From: an uncultured cyanobacterium
GTDB taxonomy: Bacteria > Cyanobacteriota > Cyanobacteriia > Cyanobacteriales > CAWUOF01
DNA length: 64,000 nucleotides
Direction of reading: 5' to 3'
NCBI GenBank assembly: GCA_963744145.1
Contig: CAVUSO010000001.1
Coordinates: forward strand, 192,001 to 256,000
Made by a program: the position numbers and the translations under genes. Position 1 is the first letter of the stretch. Every line of letters starts with the position of its first letter. Shown in pieces: positions 18,683 through 30,908 of this stretch. Below the pieces are notes generated by a model. It was not told the origin of the DNA. It worked only from the letters and a program-made list of their open reading frames with translations, and made no database searches.

Positions 18683-21600
18683 TTATTGCCCCTGTAGGTT
18701 CAGATTTGCCTTGAGTGGTATGCTAATAACAAACTCTGTACCTTGACCTAATGTTGAATTTACCTCTAGCGTCCCGGCGTGTTTTTCAACAACAATTTGA
18801 CGAGCGATCGCTAATCCCAAACCTGTTCCTTTTCCTACTTCCTTAGTCGTAAATAAATGATCAAAAATTTTCGATTTTACCTCCTCTGTCATCCCGATGC
18901 CATTATCGCAAATTCGGATAATTGCAAATTGGCGATCGCTTGATAATTCGGTTTTAATCCTAATTTGATTAGGATTAGTCTGTATCTCGGTAAAACTGCG
19001 TCCAATATTGGATTCATCCAGAGCATCAATCGCATTAGTTAACAGATTCATAAATACCTGATTAAGCTGTCCTGCATAGCACTCTACCTGTGGTAAATCC
19101 CCATATTCCTTGATTATTTGAATCGCTGGACGAGTATTTGAACCTTTAAGACGATGTTTAAGGATCATAATGGTAGTATTAATCCCATCGTGGATCTGAG
19201 CAGGAATGGGGCGATCGCTATCCGCACGGGAAAAAGTTCGCAGACTAATGCTGATGTCTTTAATCCGCTTCACCCCTTCGTTCATTGAATCAATTAACTT
19301 GGGTAAATCTTCCCGGATATAGTCAAGATCAATAGCTTCAATTTCCGCTTGAATCGCTGGATCTAGTTGGGGAGATTTTTGAACTAGATCGAGCAAACCA
19401 AACAAATCATTAATATAATCTAAAGCCGGATTAATGTTACCAGCAAGGAAAGCAACGGGGTTGTTAATTTCGTGGGCTACACTAGCTACTAAATTACCCA
19501 ATGCGGACATTTTTTCACTTTGGACTATCTTGATTTGGGCTTGTTTTAGATCAATTAATGCTTGTTGAGATACTTGATAAAGACGGGCATTTTCTAAGGA
19601 AATAGCAGCTTGAGAACAAATCAGATTCAGCACCTCAACACGATCCTTAGTAAACGCTCCAATCGTCAAATTATTTTCCAAATATAAAATTCCAATTAAC
19701 TTACCTTGATGAATAATTGGAGTACAAAGAATACTTTTTGGTTGATGTTGTTCCCAATAGCGATCGCTGGCAAACTGGGAATTTATCCTCGCATCAACCA
19801 GTACCAAAGGTTCTAAACGAGTCTTGACAGTATTTACTAAACTAATGGCCACCTCTTGACTTAATTCTAGAGGAATCGGTGGTAATAGTTGCGGTGCTTG
19901 TCCCTCTTCAATCCTAGCTACTACTTGTAACGAACTATCCTGTTTGAGCAATAATACACACTTATCTGCCCCAGCATTAGTAATAACTATTTTGAGGAGA
20001 GTAGTCAGGAGTTGATTTAGCTCAATCTCCCCAGAAATAGCTTGAGAGGATTTAAGAATAGCAGCTAAATCTAGAACTTCAGAGATGTTAGTAGCAGAAT
20101 AGCTAGAAGAAACTGTTCCCTGAAAGATAGTTTCCTGCCAGGAGATAGAGGAACGAGATTGGTTAATGATGGGAGTGAGGAGTTGGGGATAACGTTGTTC
20201 TAAATCTTGTACTTTAGCTGTAGCTCCCCATCGGGCATAACAGTAATAGGCATCAAGAGCATAAATTTGAGCAATTTTTTCCTTGTCCCAGTTGAGATAA
20301 AATTTTGCGGTCAATTCTGACGCGAGTGCTTCTTCATGAAGGAATTGATTTTCTTTAGCCAGGGAAATAGCGCGATCATAATGTTCAACTGCTGCGGCTT
20401 TATGGCCTAAAACCCGATTTTTTTCTGCTTCAACTAAATGCCATTTATGCAGATAATTCATGGGCGCACTTTTTGCCCACTGTTGCAAAGTAGTTTGGTG
20501 GGTTTCTACCTGGAGCATCAGGTTGGATTGCTCAATTTCTGACCGCGTAGGAAAGAGCGCTAAATGGGTCAGGGCTGCATAGAAATGGAAAATAGGAACT
20601 TGAATCAACCCCGATAATGACATCAAATACTGCTGGGCTTGGGTAATGTAGTCTAGCGCAGCCCTGTAGTTACCCCATAAGTAAGCCAGCAGCAATTTGT
20701 AAACATAGGCTTTGGTAATTGCAGTGAGTTCATTATTTTGACGATGTTTAGCTAGCATTACCTTTTCATTATATGCAGTACCAATTAAGCAATCCGAACA
20801 ACTCATCACTTTCCTCAAGTTATTCACCATCTGTTGCTGCATATCCAAATAAGCTTGAGCCGAATATTGTTTTGTCTGTGCCATCACAGCACTGTAGTCT
20901 GCTATTTCCGACTCCCAAGAATCCAGTTCCATCCCACCAAAAAAGTTAGATTCAAGGTAATTGAGTATGCTATAGCCAGATTGGAGAAAATCTCCGGTTT
21001 CCATTGCAGCCCGATAGCTATCTTTTAACGTCGGTATTGTTGCCCTGATCGCTTCTTGGCGATGCTGAATAAAGCTCCCAAAAAAACCTAGAATTGTAGA
21101 CTTGCGTTCCCTGATATTGAACCGCTCCAGCAAATTCATCGCCAATTTACCAAAGCTATAGCCTGTTTCCACTTCTCCCAAGAAAGCACACAATACCATA
21201 CCATGAATCGCATATCCCACCGTTGATGCAGGTCCATTTCCAAACTGAAGCGATAAACTCACCATCATTGCGCTCAGGATTGGTAGCAATTCAGGCATTC
21301 CTAGAAAAATGGGTGGAAATAAGATTGCTAATATTTGCATAGCTGCTTGGATTTTAGCATCAGTCATTACTGGTAGGTTAATCAGTTCTTCAATTTCTTT
21401 GCCATTTTGTTGATTGGTAAGGTTCTGTAGTGCTGTTCTAATCTGGGTGGAGTCGGCTGCGGTGGGTAGTTTAACTCCCAATTGTTCCAGGATATCTCTT
21501 GCGACTGCGATCGCTGCTAGCATTTGACTCTGGGCTGTCTTAGCTGCGATGGAAATTTCATAAATTTTAACTTTATCTAAAATTGTCTTAGCTTCTTGTA

Positions 21601-24092
21601 ACACTACTGCTGCCATCTTTTCCATGCTGTCAATATCAGCATTCAAATAGGCAGCTTCGGTAATAGCAACATAGAGATTCAAGGTCAATTCATACTGATT
21701 AATCCAGCAGTTAGCTGTCAGTAAATCAATCCCTATTTGCAAATAGACTTTTGCCGCATTGTAGGCAGTCGAATTTCTCGCTTTCTGTCCAGCTTTTAGG
21801 TTAAGTCGGGCTAAGGTTTCTCGCTCACTTAGCGGGATTAACTCAATGCCTTGATTGAAATGCCCGACAATATCAAACAGTTTTTCTTCTCGTTCTATTT
21901 CTGAGGAGTTTTGCTGAAGTAACTGTCCAATTTTGAGATGAGTTGATTGCTTTTGATCTTCCAGAATCAGAGAATAAGCCGCTTGTTGAACGCGGTCATG
22001 CAAAAATCTATACCTTGGATTTGCTGATCCTTGGAAAATTTCTTTGTTCTCTGTTTGAGTAAAGAATTTATAGATTTTGCTCGTGGGAATCACTAATCCT
22101 TCCTGCAAGGCTTTCCATAAATTTGTAGCCGTTATTTCCGCAGATTTCTCGCTCACAATTCCTAAAGTATTCAAATCAAATTCGGCTCCAATGCAAGCCG
22201 CTAGTTTGAGGATGTCTTGAGTTTCTGTCGGCAATTTCTGCAACTGCAAAGCCATAAACTCCATTACATCATCAGTAATTGCTAAAGCTTGAATTTGAGC
22301 AATATCACACTGCCAAGATCGGAGATTCCCATCAAAGCTAATTAGTTTGTCATCATATAATGCTTTGAGAAACTGTGTGACAAAAAACGGATTACCTTTG
22401 GTTTTTTGAGCGACCAATTTTGTCAAGGGTTGGGCAAGAGATAACTCACAATGCAGTGTATCTGCTACTAATCTATTGATATCTGTTTCGCTTAATGGTA
22501 GCAAGGTAATTGTATTTACGGTAGCCCCAGTTTTCCCAATTTCATTCACTGTCAAGATCAATGGATGCACAGGGGAAACTTCATTATCCCGATAGGCACC
22601 TAATATCAATAGGTGTTCTGTATCTTTTATTAATAATTGTAGTAAATTTAAGGAAGCTGAGTCTGCCCATTGCAAGTCATCTAAAAACATCACTAATGGA
22701 TGCTCTTTACTGGTGAAAACTTGCACAAATTTTTGAATGAGCAAATGGAAGCGATTTTGAGCAGCAGTACCTGATAATTCTGTTGCTGGGGGCTGTTTAC
22801 CGATGATGTTTTCTAACTCAGGAATCACGTCAATTAGGACTTGTCCGTTGTCTCCTACTGCTGCTAAAACTTTAGTTTTCCATGTTTGTAGTTGAAGATT
22901 CTGATTCTGCTTGTAATTGCCCGATTAAGTCTCGGAATGCTTGCAGAAAGGCACTGAAGGGGATATTCCGCTGAAATTGATCATATTTACCTTTAATAAA
23001 ATAACCGCGCTGTCGTACAATTGGTTTATGTACTTCGTTGATCACTGCGGTTTTTCCAATCCCAGAAAACCCTGCTACTAGCATCATCTCTGTTACACCT
23101 GTACTGACTCTCTCAAAGACTTGGAGGAGGGTTTCTACTTCAGTTTCTCTTCCATAAAGTTTGTCGGGGATGATAAAGCGATCGCTCACATCTCTTTGAG
23201 CGATGGGGAAACTCTTAATTTCTCCATTTTCCTGAAGTTGAGTTAAACAATTTTCTAAATCAAATTTCACTCCTAGGGCACTTTGATAGCGATCTTCAGC
23301 ATTTTTTGCCATCAATTTACGGACAATCTCACTTATTACTAAAGGAATTTGAGGTTTTATTTTATGGATTTGGGGTGGTTGTTTGGCAAGATGACAATGT
23401 ACTAACTCCATTGGTTCATTTGATTGAAATGGTAATTCCCCCGTCAGTAACTCATAGAATGTTACACCGAGGGAATATAAGTCAGTTCGATAGTCAATCC
23501 CCCGATTCATTCGACCAGTTTGTTCTGGAGAAATATAAGCAAGTGTTCCTTCTAATATATTGGGACTAATTAGGGTTTGTGTTTCTCGTGGTAATAGGGA
23601 AGCGATGCTAAAATCAATTAATTTAACTTGCTTGGTTTGGGGATTGATTAAAATATTTGTGGGCTTAATGTCTTTATGAATAATCCGCTCACGATAGAGG
23701 ATATCTAAGGCGTCACAGATCGCGATCGCAATTTCTAAAAATTCCCTCAATGATAGTAAGTATCTCCCTTTCTTTGTCCATTCCTGAAGAGAAATCCCAC
23801 CGAAGTCTTCCATGACTAACCCATAGCCATTTTGATAGGGTTCCAGGCTATAGGTTTGGATGATTAGAGGAGATTTGAGATTTTTAGCAATGGTGTATTG
23901 ATTGCGGAATTGTACCAATTCACTAAAATTAGGGTATTTATTTCGTAATAATTTAATTATTACAGTTTTTCGATTTTCCCACGGATAGCCTGCACCAATG
24001 CTTTCTCTCACACCACGATATACTATTGTGCGAGTACCTGCATAGATTTGTTCTGTGATCTGATATCCTGACCAACTGGCGATCGCATCCAT
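18683..24092 (-). pseudogene. Ser/Thr kinase-AAA ATPase-GAF-histidine kinase multidomain protein with a +1 frameshift
   Basis: HKDIKP, GFSGIGKT, LDDLQWAD, VAHEINNP, GTGLGL; deleting one A at 22895/22896 restores ESESQLQTWKTKVLAAVGDNGQVLIDVIPEL. Confidence 0.85.
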
Positions 24093-24359
24093 AACCTTAT
24101 TTTATTTTTTTTAAAACCATAGTTAAATCAGCATAGCGACAATTCCTGGAATCAGCAGTGATGTAGATCAGAAATCCCTAAAAACCCTGCTACTAGAATC
24201 ATCTCTGTTACACCTTTTGTTACATCGAGGGAATATAGAACCCATTTGACATCTTATGAAGTTTTAAATTAAGGTACTTACTCCTGACGATCAATATCCA
24301 ATCCTTATGATCGATTCCAGCGACCTCACCGATCAGTGAGTGGGAAATTTTTGAACAAT

Positions 24360-25457
24360 TTATGAATTTGGGATAACTAAGCGGAGGGCATGGCCATCAG
24401 GATCACGTATAAGCAAAGCCTTGTTAAAACCTAATTGCCCATCAGGTAGATTTACTATACCAGGGGAAATAAAAAAAGCCTTCCTTTCACGCAAACGTTG
24501 TTCTAGGATATCCAAGTCCTTCGTTACTATTGTTGTCTGCCAATAAACAATATCATTAGTATGTATATCGCGAGGAGCAGGTCTACCACCAGGAGGAGAC
24601 AGATACTCTAGAAACTCAATACCCGGTCCTTGTTGGGATCTTAAGCCTGTAATATGTAATCTGGCTCCAAACACATTATTAAGGTGTTCTTGCTCATTCC
24701 CGAAGTTTTCGCTTTCTCCTGCTACTTTTAATCCTAATAGATCTCGATAAAATTTCAGACTTTGCTCGGTGTTAGCAACTGCGATCGCTGTGTGGTCAAT
24801 TCCTAAAAATAGTTCGTTGCTGGGATTTTGCCATCGGGGATTACCCTTACCCGGAGGGAAGTAAATAACCTCTAAATTGTGACCATCTGGATCACGAAAA
24901 TAGAAAGCTTTGATCCCAGCAGCAGCAGGAATACTCGGTGGCAGAGTTTGTGGTCCACTAGAAACATACTGCACCTGATTCTGACGGAGAATTGCATAGG
25001 CTTTGTCCATATCGTTCACCACGATCGCAATATGCTGAAACCAGAGGTCATTGCTGTGGGAATCGATCGGAATAGGTCGCCCTTTGGGCGTTAAATATGC
25101 AGTTAGTTCAAGAATCTCTTGTCCCAGTTTCATCTGGACAACTCGCTCGCGCAAACCAACTACACCTTGCAACTGTTCATAAGGTTTACCTGATATTTCC
25201 ACATCAGAAATCTTTTGAAAATGCAATACTTTGCTATAGAAGTCGATCGCACGATTCATATCAGAAACTGTCATTCCCACATTGGCAATGGATTGGACAA
25301 ATGAATCTGTGGGAGTTGCGATCGCTGGTGTTTGCGCTTGTACGATACTTATAAAACCCAGATGAAGATCACGGGCCAGAAAAGTCGATAGGCAAACAAC
25401 AACAATAAAAGAAAACCAGTTTCGGATACGCATATTCATTCCTGATGGGGACAACAA
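24360..25457 (-). CDS. VOC/glyoxalase-family protein with probable signal peptide
   Basis: HIAIVV, FRDPDGHNLE, IDHTAIAV, RDPDGH. Confidence 0.85.
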   Translation of the reverse strand: MLSPSGMNMRIRNWFSFIVVVCLSTFLARDLHLGFISIVQAQTPAIATPTDSFVQSIANVGMTVSDMNRAIDFYSKVLHFQKISDVEISGKPYEQLQGVVGLRERVVQMKLGQEILELTAYLTPKGRPIPIDSHSNDLWFQHIAIVVNDMDKAYAILRQNQVQYVSSGPQTLPPSIPAAAGIKAFYFRDPDGHNLEVIYFPPGKGNPRWQNPSNELFLGIDHTAIAVANTEQSLKFYRDLLGLKVAGESENFGNEQEHLNNVFGARLHITGLRSQQGPGIEFLEYLSPPGGRPAPRDIHTNDIVYWQTTIVTKDLDILEQRLRERKAFFISPGIVNLPDGQLGFNKALLIRDPDGHALRLVIPNS

Positions 25458-26239
25458 GCATCACAAGGGTTTTGACACAGACAAGGCATTTCTCCATTAG
25501 GACAAAGCTTGCCACAGAGTTTCCTGGTCTGATTTTTTGATAAGAAAATATATAGTTCGGCGGCGATTAACATTGCCAAAGGAGGAGTAAAATAGTAAAT
25601 CCAAAAGAACTGCCAGGAGTGGGCAAAGACAGCCGAGGCAAAAGAACGGGCTGGATTGATACTCATGCCAGAAATAGGCGATGCTACTATAATAAAAATT
25701 GCTACTAGACAACCTGCAAATACTCCCGTCAAATGCGCCCATCGCGGTTTATTACTGACTGTCAGCACCATTGACATCATCACCATTGACATGATTGCTT
25801 CGGCAGCGATCGCGCCAACCCAACCCGCATAACCTGGTTCGGTCACAATATAATTCAACCCATTGGGAGGCTTTGCTGTAAAAGGATTACCTACGATCAC
25901 CGCCACTAAAGCAACGCCCAAACTACCCCCAATAAATTGCGAGATTACATAACCTAACGCATCAATGCGTGTTAATTTTCCCAATCGAAAAAAGGTAAGT
26001 GTTACCGCAGGATTGAGATGTGCGCCGGAACGCTTACCCCAAGGAGAATAGATAATCCCAATTGCTGTCAACCCCATCGCCATTCCCATCAGGATATCTC
26101 GCACCAGTGGCACAGGAATCCAGATGGGAACTGGAGAAATAGAAGCATAGAGCAGAGTAGCAAATATGCCAGCAGAAACCATAAAGGTTCCCAGTCCCCA
26201 TGCTTCGATCGCGTATTCGGGCCAATGCTCTTTCCACAT
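25436..26239 (-). CDS. Aquaporin (MIP family) with Cys-rich C-terminal tail
   Basis: SGAHLNPAVT and SINPARS NPA motifs. Confidence 0.92.
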   Translation of the reverse strand: MWKEHWPEYAIEAWGLGTFMVSAGIFATLLYASISPVPIWIPVPLVRDILMGMAMGLTAIGIIYSPWGKRSGAHLNPAVTLTFFRLGKLTRIDALGYVISQFIGGSLGVALVAVIVGNPFTAKPPNGLNYIVTEPGYAGWVGAIAAEAIMSMVMMSMVLTVSNKPRWAHLTGVFAGCLVAIFIIVASPISGMSINPARSFASAVFAHSWQFFWIYYFTPPLAMLIAAELYIFLSKNQTRKLCGKLCPNGEMPCLCQNPCDACCPHQE

Positions 26240-26267
26240 AAAATCTACTTTGGTTTAATAGACTTTT

Positions 26268-27821
26268 TTAATTAGATAATAGGCGATCGCCTACTCGCAA
26301 AGCATTAGCAATGATCGTCAAGGTCGGATTAACTGCTGAACTAGATGGGAAAAAGCTACTATCTACCACATAGAGATTATCGATGTCATGGGTACGACAA
26401 TCCCGATCCAGAACTGAAGTATTAGGATCGTCACCAAAACGACAGGTTCCACATTGATGTCCTACCGCTTGTAAGGGAATGAAGTTGCGCGGATAAATAC
26501 TGAAAGGAATCGTATGTTCAGCCCGATCAACCTGTTTTAAAACTTCAATCCATCGTTTTACTAAGCGATCGGCAGCTACAAGATTATTAGGTTGATATGC
26601 CAAAATTAGCTTTTCTCCATCTACCAATACCCGATTATCAGGATCAGGTAAATCTTCAGTTTGCAGCCACCAACCAACAGTGCGATCGGCAAAAACTTTC
26701 AATTCTGCTTCTGGACGTAGTTTCAGCAGAGGTGCTAAAAGTTTAGGTGCTTCTGCTGGGAGCATATCCGCTAGCACATTACCTGTGTTTTGGATCAGAC
26801 CCATCGGATAGGGAAATTCCGGTTCCCCCCAATAAAAATCACTGATCGCGATCGTTTTCTGGTAAACATCTTGATTGGGAGTTGTATTGAGCTGTACCAA
26901 AGCTGTGTTGATGTGTTTCATCAAATTTCGCCCTACCTGATCAGAGCGATTAGCTAGACCATTGGGATGGCGATCGTTGGCAGAACGAAGGAGTAGCGCC
27001 GCAGAGTTAATAGCACCGCAGGCAACTATTACAATATCTGCTGTAAATGTTTGATGTTCACCTTGGATCTCAACTTCCACGCGATCGACCTGAGTTCCAG
27101 TAGCATTAGTCAGAAGTCTTGTTACCTTAGCCTGGGTTAGTAAGGTAATATTAGTTTGATGGCGAATCGGTTGAATACAATTAACCTCACCATCAGCTTT
27201 TCCCTGGGTTAGACAAGGGAAACCATCGCAGGTGTTGCAGCGAATACAATTTCCTAGAGTTTTATCAACCTCATTCAATTTCAGACCCAGTGGCAAATGG
27301 AATGGACGAAGTCCGATCTGGGTCAGACCATTCGCCAAATTCTGCATCCGGGGTTCATAGCTAATCGCAGGAAAGGGATAGGGGGCACTGCGTGGTGGTT
27401 CTGTTGGATCAGTACCAGCTTCTCCATGAACATCAAATAGTGCTTCTGCTTGTTGATAGTAGGGTTCAAAATCTGTGTAGTTTAATACCCACCCAGGGGA
27501 GATTCCATCCTGGTGGGTTACTTCTGCAAAATCCCGATCCCTCAACCTCAGTAATGCAGCGCCGTAGACTTTGGTATTTCCACCAACACAGTAGCTGGTA
27601 GCAGGGCGAAAAGATCGGTTTTGAGCATCAAACCAATTTTCATCTGTATGGTATCGTTCTTTCTGATAAACCTCTAAAGCACTCCAGTTTTCCTTTTCGC
27701 GAGGTAAAAAATCTCCACGCTCCAGGATCAATATGCGTTTACCACTAGGAGCTAATCGATGAGCGATCGTACTTCCCCCTGCCCCTGTACCAATAATGAT
27801 GATATCATAATCTACGGCCAT
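26268..27821 (-). CDS. GMC-family flavin oxidoreductase
   Basis: GTGAGG, VGGNT, HQCGTCRFG, NPTLT; probable start MAVDYD. Confidence 0.9.
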   Translation of the reverse strand: MAVDYDIIIIGTGAGGSTIAHRLAPSGKRILILERGDFLPREKENWSALEVYQKERYHTDENWFDAQNRSFRPATSYCVGGNTKVYGAALLRLRDRDFAEVTHQDGISPGWVLNYTDFEPYYQQAEALFDVHGEAGTDPTEPPRSAPYPFPAISYEPRMQNLANGLTQIGLRPFHLPLGLKLNEVDKTLGNCIRCNTCDGFPCLTQGKADGEVNCIQPIRHQTNITLLTQAKVTRLLTNATGTQVDRVEVEIQGEHQTFTADIVIVACGAINSAALLLRSANDRHPNGLANRSDQVGRNLMKHINTALVQLNTTPNQDVYQKTIAISDFYWGEPEFPYPMGLIQNTGNVLADMLPAEAPKLLAPLLKLRPEAELKVFADRTVGWWLQTEDLPDPDNRVLVDGEKLILAYQPNNLVAADRLVKRWIEVLKQVDRAEHTIPFSIYPRNFIPLQAVGHQCGTCRFGDDPNTSVLDRDCRTHDIDNLYVVDSSFFPSSSAVNPTLTIIANALRVGDRLLSN

Positions 27822-27882
27822 AGATTTTTCTGTTCCAATGGTAGGTTGGCTGTAACAGTCAGGTTGAATTTTTTTAAATAAG

Positions 27883-28689
27883 CTATTGCTCTTGATAATT
27901 CCAGAGCAATCCACCATCTACGAAGAAGGTAGTACCAGTTACATAAGCTGCGTCATCAGAAGCGAGAAATGCAACTAACCCAGATACATCTTCGGGTTTA
28001 CCTAATCGACCCAAGGGAATGTTTTGCAGGAGGGAGTTGAGCTTAACAGGATCATTTAATAACTTCGTATTGATCGGGGTTTCGATCGCACCAGGAGCAA
28101 CATTATTGATCGTAATTCCGTATGGTCCAAGTTCCACCGCTAAGTTGCGAGTCATCATTTTCATTGCACCTTTACTCGCACAATAAGCAGTGAAGTGGGG
28201 AAAAGGTAATTCTTCATGGACCGAGCTAATATTAATAATTCTACCTGTTCTTTTAGTCGCTAAGAGATGCTGTACAAACGATTGACAGGCAAAGAATACC
28301 CCTTTAAAATTCACATTCATTACCGCTTCAAAATCTTTTTCGGTAACTTCCCAGAAATCAGCGTGTTTCTCAATTCCTGCATTATTTACCAGGATATCTA
28401 ACTGACCAAAATGTTCAATACTTTCTTTAATTAACCTTTGGACATCTTCGACCATACCCAAATCAGCACCAATGCTATATCCGCGCTCATTATCACAGTA
28501 TCCATCAGCCTTGAAACATTCTCCTCCTTGTGTCTTAATTTTTTCTAGGGTTTCTTCCGCTCCTTGAGGATTAGAACGATAGTTAACAACAACTTTTGCC
28601 CCTTCTGCTGCTAAACGAACAGCTATACCTTGACCAATACCTCCACTACTACCTGTAACCAGAGCTACTTTACCTTCTAATCGGCGCAT
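27883..28689 (-). CDS. SDR oxidoreductase (glucose 1-dehydrogenase-like)
   Basis: TGSSGGIG, NNAG, SSVHE, YCASK, PGAIETPIN. Confidence 0.9.
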   Translation of the reverse strand: MRRLEGKVALVTGSSGGIGQGIAVRLAAEGAKVVVNYRSNPQGAEETLEKIKTQGGECFKADGYCDNERGYSIGADLGMVEDVQRLIKESIEHFGQLDILVNNAGIEKHADFWEVTEKDFEAVMNVNFKGVFFACQSFVQHLLATKRTGRIINISSVHEELPFPHFTAYCASKGAMKMMTRNLAVELGPYGITINNVAPGAIETPINTKLLNDPVKLNSLLQNIPLGRLGKPEDVSGLVAFLASDDAAYVTGTTFFVDGGLLWNYQEQ

Positions 28690-29021
28690 ATATAATTCTC
28701 CTGCAAGAATGTGTTGGGACAAGTGGTTGTAGAGCGAAATTATTTAGGTCAGAACCCCAAATTGACATAACTAGCATACTACATTAGGAAAAATATTTGG
28801 AAATTTCTAGCAAGTTCCTAGAAAAGAGGTGGCGATCGCCCATTAATTCCCCAATTAAAAATTCCCCATATCTCCAAAAAAAAGCCCCACCATTATAGTG
28901 AGGTAAAAGTTTAAAAATTTTGTAGTAATAGTCTAGAAAGTAATGACTTGCAGTAGGAGGATAGTTACTGGCTCGACCATGACTACTTCTGTTGGTTACT
29001 GAACTTTAACTGACAAATTTC

Positions 29022-29555
29022 TTAGCGGATTACTAGGGTATCGTTAGCTAGGAAATGGGATAAATGATAAGCTCTTTCTTCTGTTTCTAACAAAATTTTC
29101 TCGTATAAATAACGAGTAGCGCGATCGCCCAAACTTTCCGCTTGACTTGCTTGTTTTCTTAGGACTGTAATGATGTTTTGTTCCGCATTCAGATCATTTT
29201 CAACCATTTGACGACAGCTATAAACTCCATCTTCTTCTGGTTCAAAAGAACACAATTGAGCTAATTTACTAAAACTAGCTGCTGGAATACCACCTAATCC
29301 ATTCAACCGTTCCGCTAAATCATGCACATGACCTTGTGCTGCTTTATAGCTATCCTCAAAAAATTGATGCAATGAATAAAATTCCGCACCTTCAACCACA
29401 AAATGATGCTTTTGGTATTGCAAATATAGCCCTTGAAAAGTAGCTAAAGTTACATTTAGTCCGTCACAGATGGGAACTGTAACACTACGATCTAATAAGA
29501 TTGGATTATCGACTAGATCGCCAAAGGAACGCACTAAGGTAGTGTTTGATGACAT
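29022..29555 (-). CDS. dps: Dps-family protein
   Basis: [23 protein letters not shown]. Confidence 0.9.
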   Translation of the reverse strand: MSSNTTLVRSFGDLVDNPILLDRSVTVPICDGLNVTLATFQGLYLQYQKHHFVVEGAEFYSLHQFFEDSYKAAQGHVHDLAERLNGLGGIPAASFSKLAQLCSFEPEEDGVYSCRQMVENDLNAEQNIITVLRKQASQAESLGDRATRYLYEKILLETEERAYHLSHFLANDTLVIR

Positions 29556-29721
29556 AACTTTCCTGTGTAGATAAAATAGCTTGTCGGTGATGCTAACACA
29601 CTTTATTAAATTTGACATAATCAAAACTTAGTCTTTTTTCCTCAATTTTGACTGATTTTTTCCATCAACCTCTTATTGGTAGGGACGTTACACTAATTTA
29701 ATGTGAAGTTGCAGAGATATC

Positions 29722-29796
29722 AGATCCCCCTCGCATCCCCCTGAACCAGGGGGACTTTAAATTCATGCTCCCCCTTTTTAAGGGGGCTGGGGGATC
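29722..29796. repeat. Cyanobacterial CCCCC/GGGGG hairpin-rich dispersed repeat
   Basis: GATCCCCC...CCCCCTTTTTAAGGGGG...GGGGGATC nested inverted repeats. Confidence 0.6.
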
Positions 29797-29878
29797 AATT
29801 CTCTGCAAAAAAGGGTGTCTTTAGCAGCGATTGGGCCTTTGATCAACATATGAAGTTTTGTTAACTCTTTTTCCAGGT

Positions 29879-29898
29879 ATTGACAGCTATTCTCAATT
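29879..29898. promoter_or_regulatory. Possible Fur/PerR-type box between dps and the ferredoxin operon
   Basis: ATTGACAGCTATTCTCAATT imperfect dyad in iron-related gene context. Confidence 0.3.
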
Positions 29899-30005
29899 AG
29901 TTTAGAGTAAAAACCAGGTGAAAACCTTGGAACAACTTACCAGTAGGTAAATTTATCCATCCAGCAAAGTTTATTTAATGCTAAATCTTAGCAGGTAGGT
30001 TAAAA

Positions 30006-30269
30006 ATGAATCCTTTACACTTAGACCAACAGACTAGCGACATTGTGGACGTAAACCGGTTGGATCGTTGGCACATTTATCAACGATTACAGGAATTGGA
30101 TATTGCTTGTTCCTGTAATACTCAAGAACCATTAAGAGTGGCAATTAATGGTGCAACTACTGCAATTCAACTCTGGAGTATTTTGCAACAAACTAGAGGT
30201 TCACGTCAAGATTTGGTGACATGGTTAGAGCGTTGTTGGGAACTAGATGATCATTTAGATCATAATTAA
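30006..30269 (+). CDS. Asr1405/Asl0597-family small protein
   Basis: DRWHIYQRLQELDIAC...IQLWS...WLERCW. Confidence 0.75.
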   Translation: MNPLHLDQQTSDIVDVNRLDRWHIYQRLQELDIACSCNTQEPLRVAINGATTAIQLWSILQQTRGSRQDLVTWLERCWELDDHLDHN

Positions 30270-30307
30270 AAATATCAATAATTTGGCCAAGGATATGAGA
30301 TAACTGT

Positions 30308-30865
30308 ATGTCTAAATCTGAACAATTTAATTTGGAAGGTCGTTTTCTGGAATTTGTCCTTGAATCTGGCTATAAAATTAAGTATTTACGAATTAATACT
30401 GCGACTGAAGAGTTGTGTATTAAAATTGGGAAGGAATGTTGGGGAAATATGCCTCGTCCTTTAACACCAGGAGATTGGTTGCAAATTGCTGGTGAGAAAA
30501 AAGTCGATCGGGAAAAGGAGAGAATTAAGTATAAAGCATACCAAATTATCCGCTCTGTTCCCAGTTCTCCTCAGACGATCGAGATTAAACCAGAAAATTG
30601 TGCCAGAAAATTATCTGTGTTAATTTGTGAGAAGTCAGATTGCTGGAAACGAGGTAGTGGAGCAGTTAGTGACGCTTTAGTGAAAAATTTACGCGATCGC
30701 GGTTTAGATGAGCAAGTGACCATTAAAAAAGTTGGTTGTCTCAAACAATGTAAAACTGGACCAAATCTAGTGGTCATGCCCAGTAAAGCGCGTTACAGTC
30801 AAATTAAACCTAGTGAAGTAAATGATATTATTGACAAGCATTTGGTCACTACCAGACTATCTTAA
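30308..30865 (+). CDS. Thioredoxin-like (2Fe-2S) ferredoxin domain protein
   Basis: ICEKSDC...GCLKQCKTGPN. Confidence 0.8.
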   Translation: MSKSEQFNLEGRFLEFVLESGYKIKYLRINTATEELCIKIGKECWGNMPRPLTPGDWLQIAGEKKVDREKERIKYKAYQIIRSVPSSPQTIEIKPENCARKLSVLICEKSDCWKRGSGAVSDALVKNLRDRGLDEQVTIKKVGCLKQCKTGPNLVVMPSKARYSQIKPSEVNDIIDKHLVTTRLS

Positions 30866-30879
30866 ATTTAACCCATTCC

Positions 30880-30908
30880 TGCGGGTAGTTTTACCCGCAT
30901 TTTTTTTT
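30880..30908 (+). terminator. Intrinsic terminator
   Basis: TGCGGGTA-GTTT-TACCCGCA followed by a T run, between convergent genes. Confidence 0.7.
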
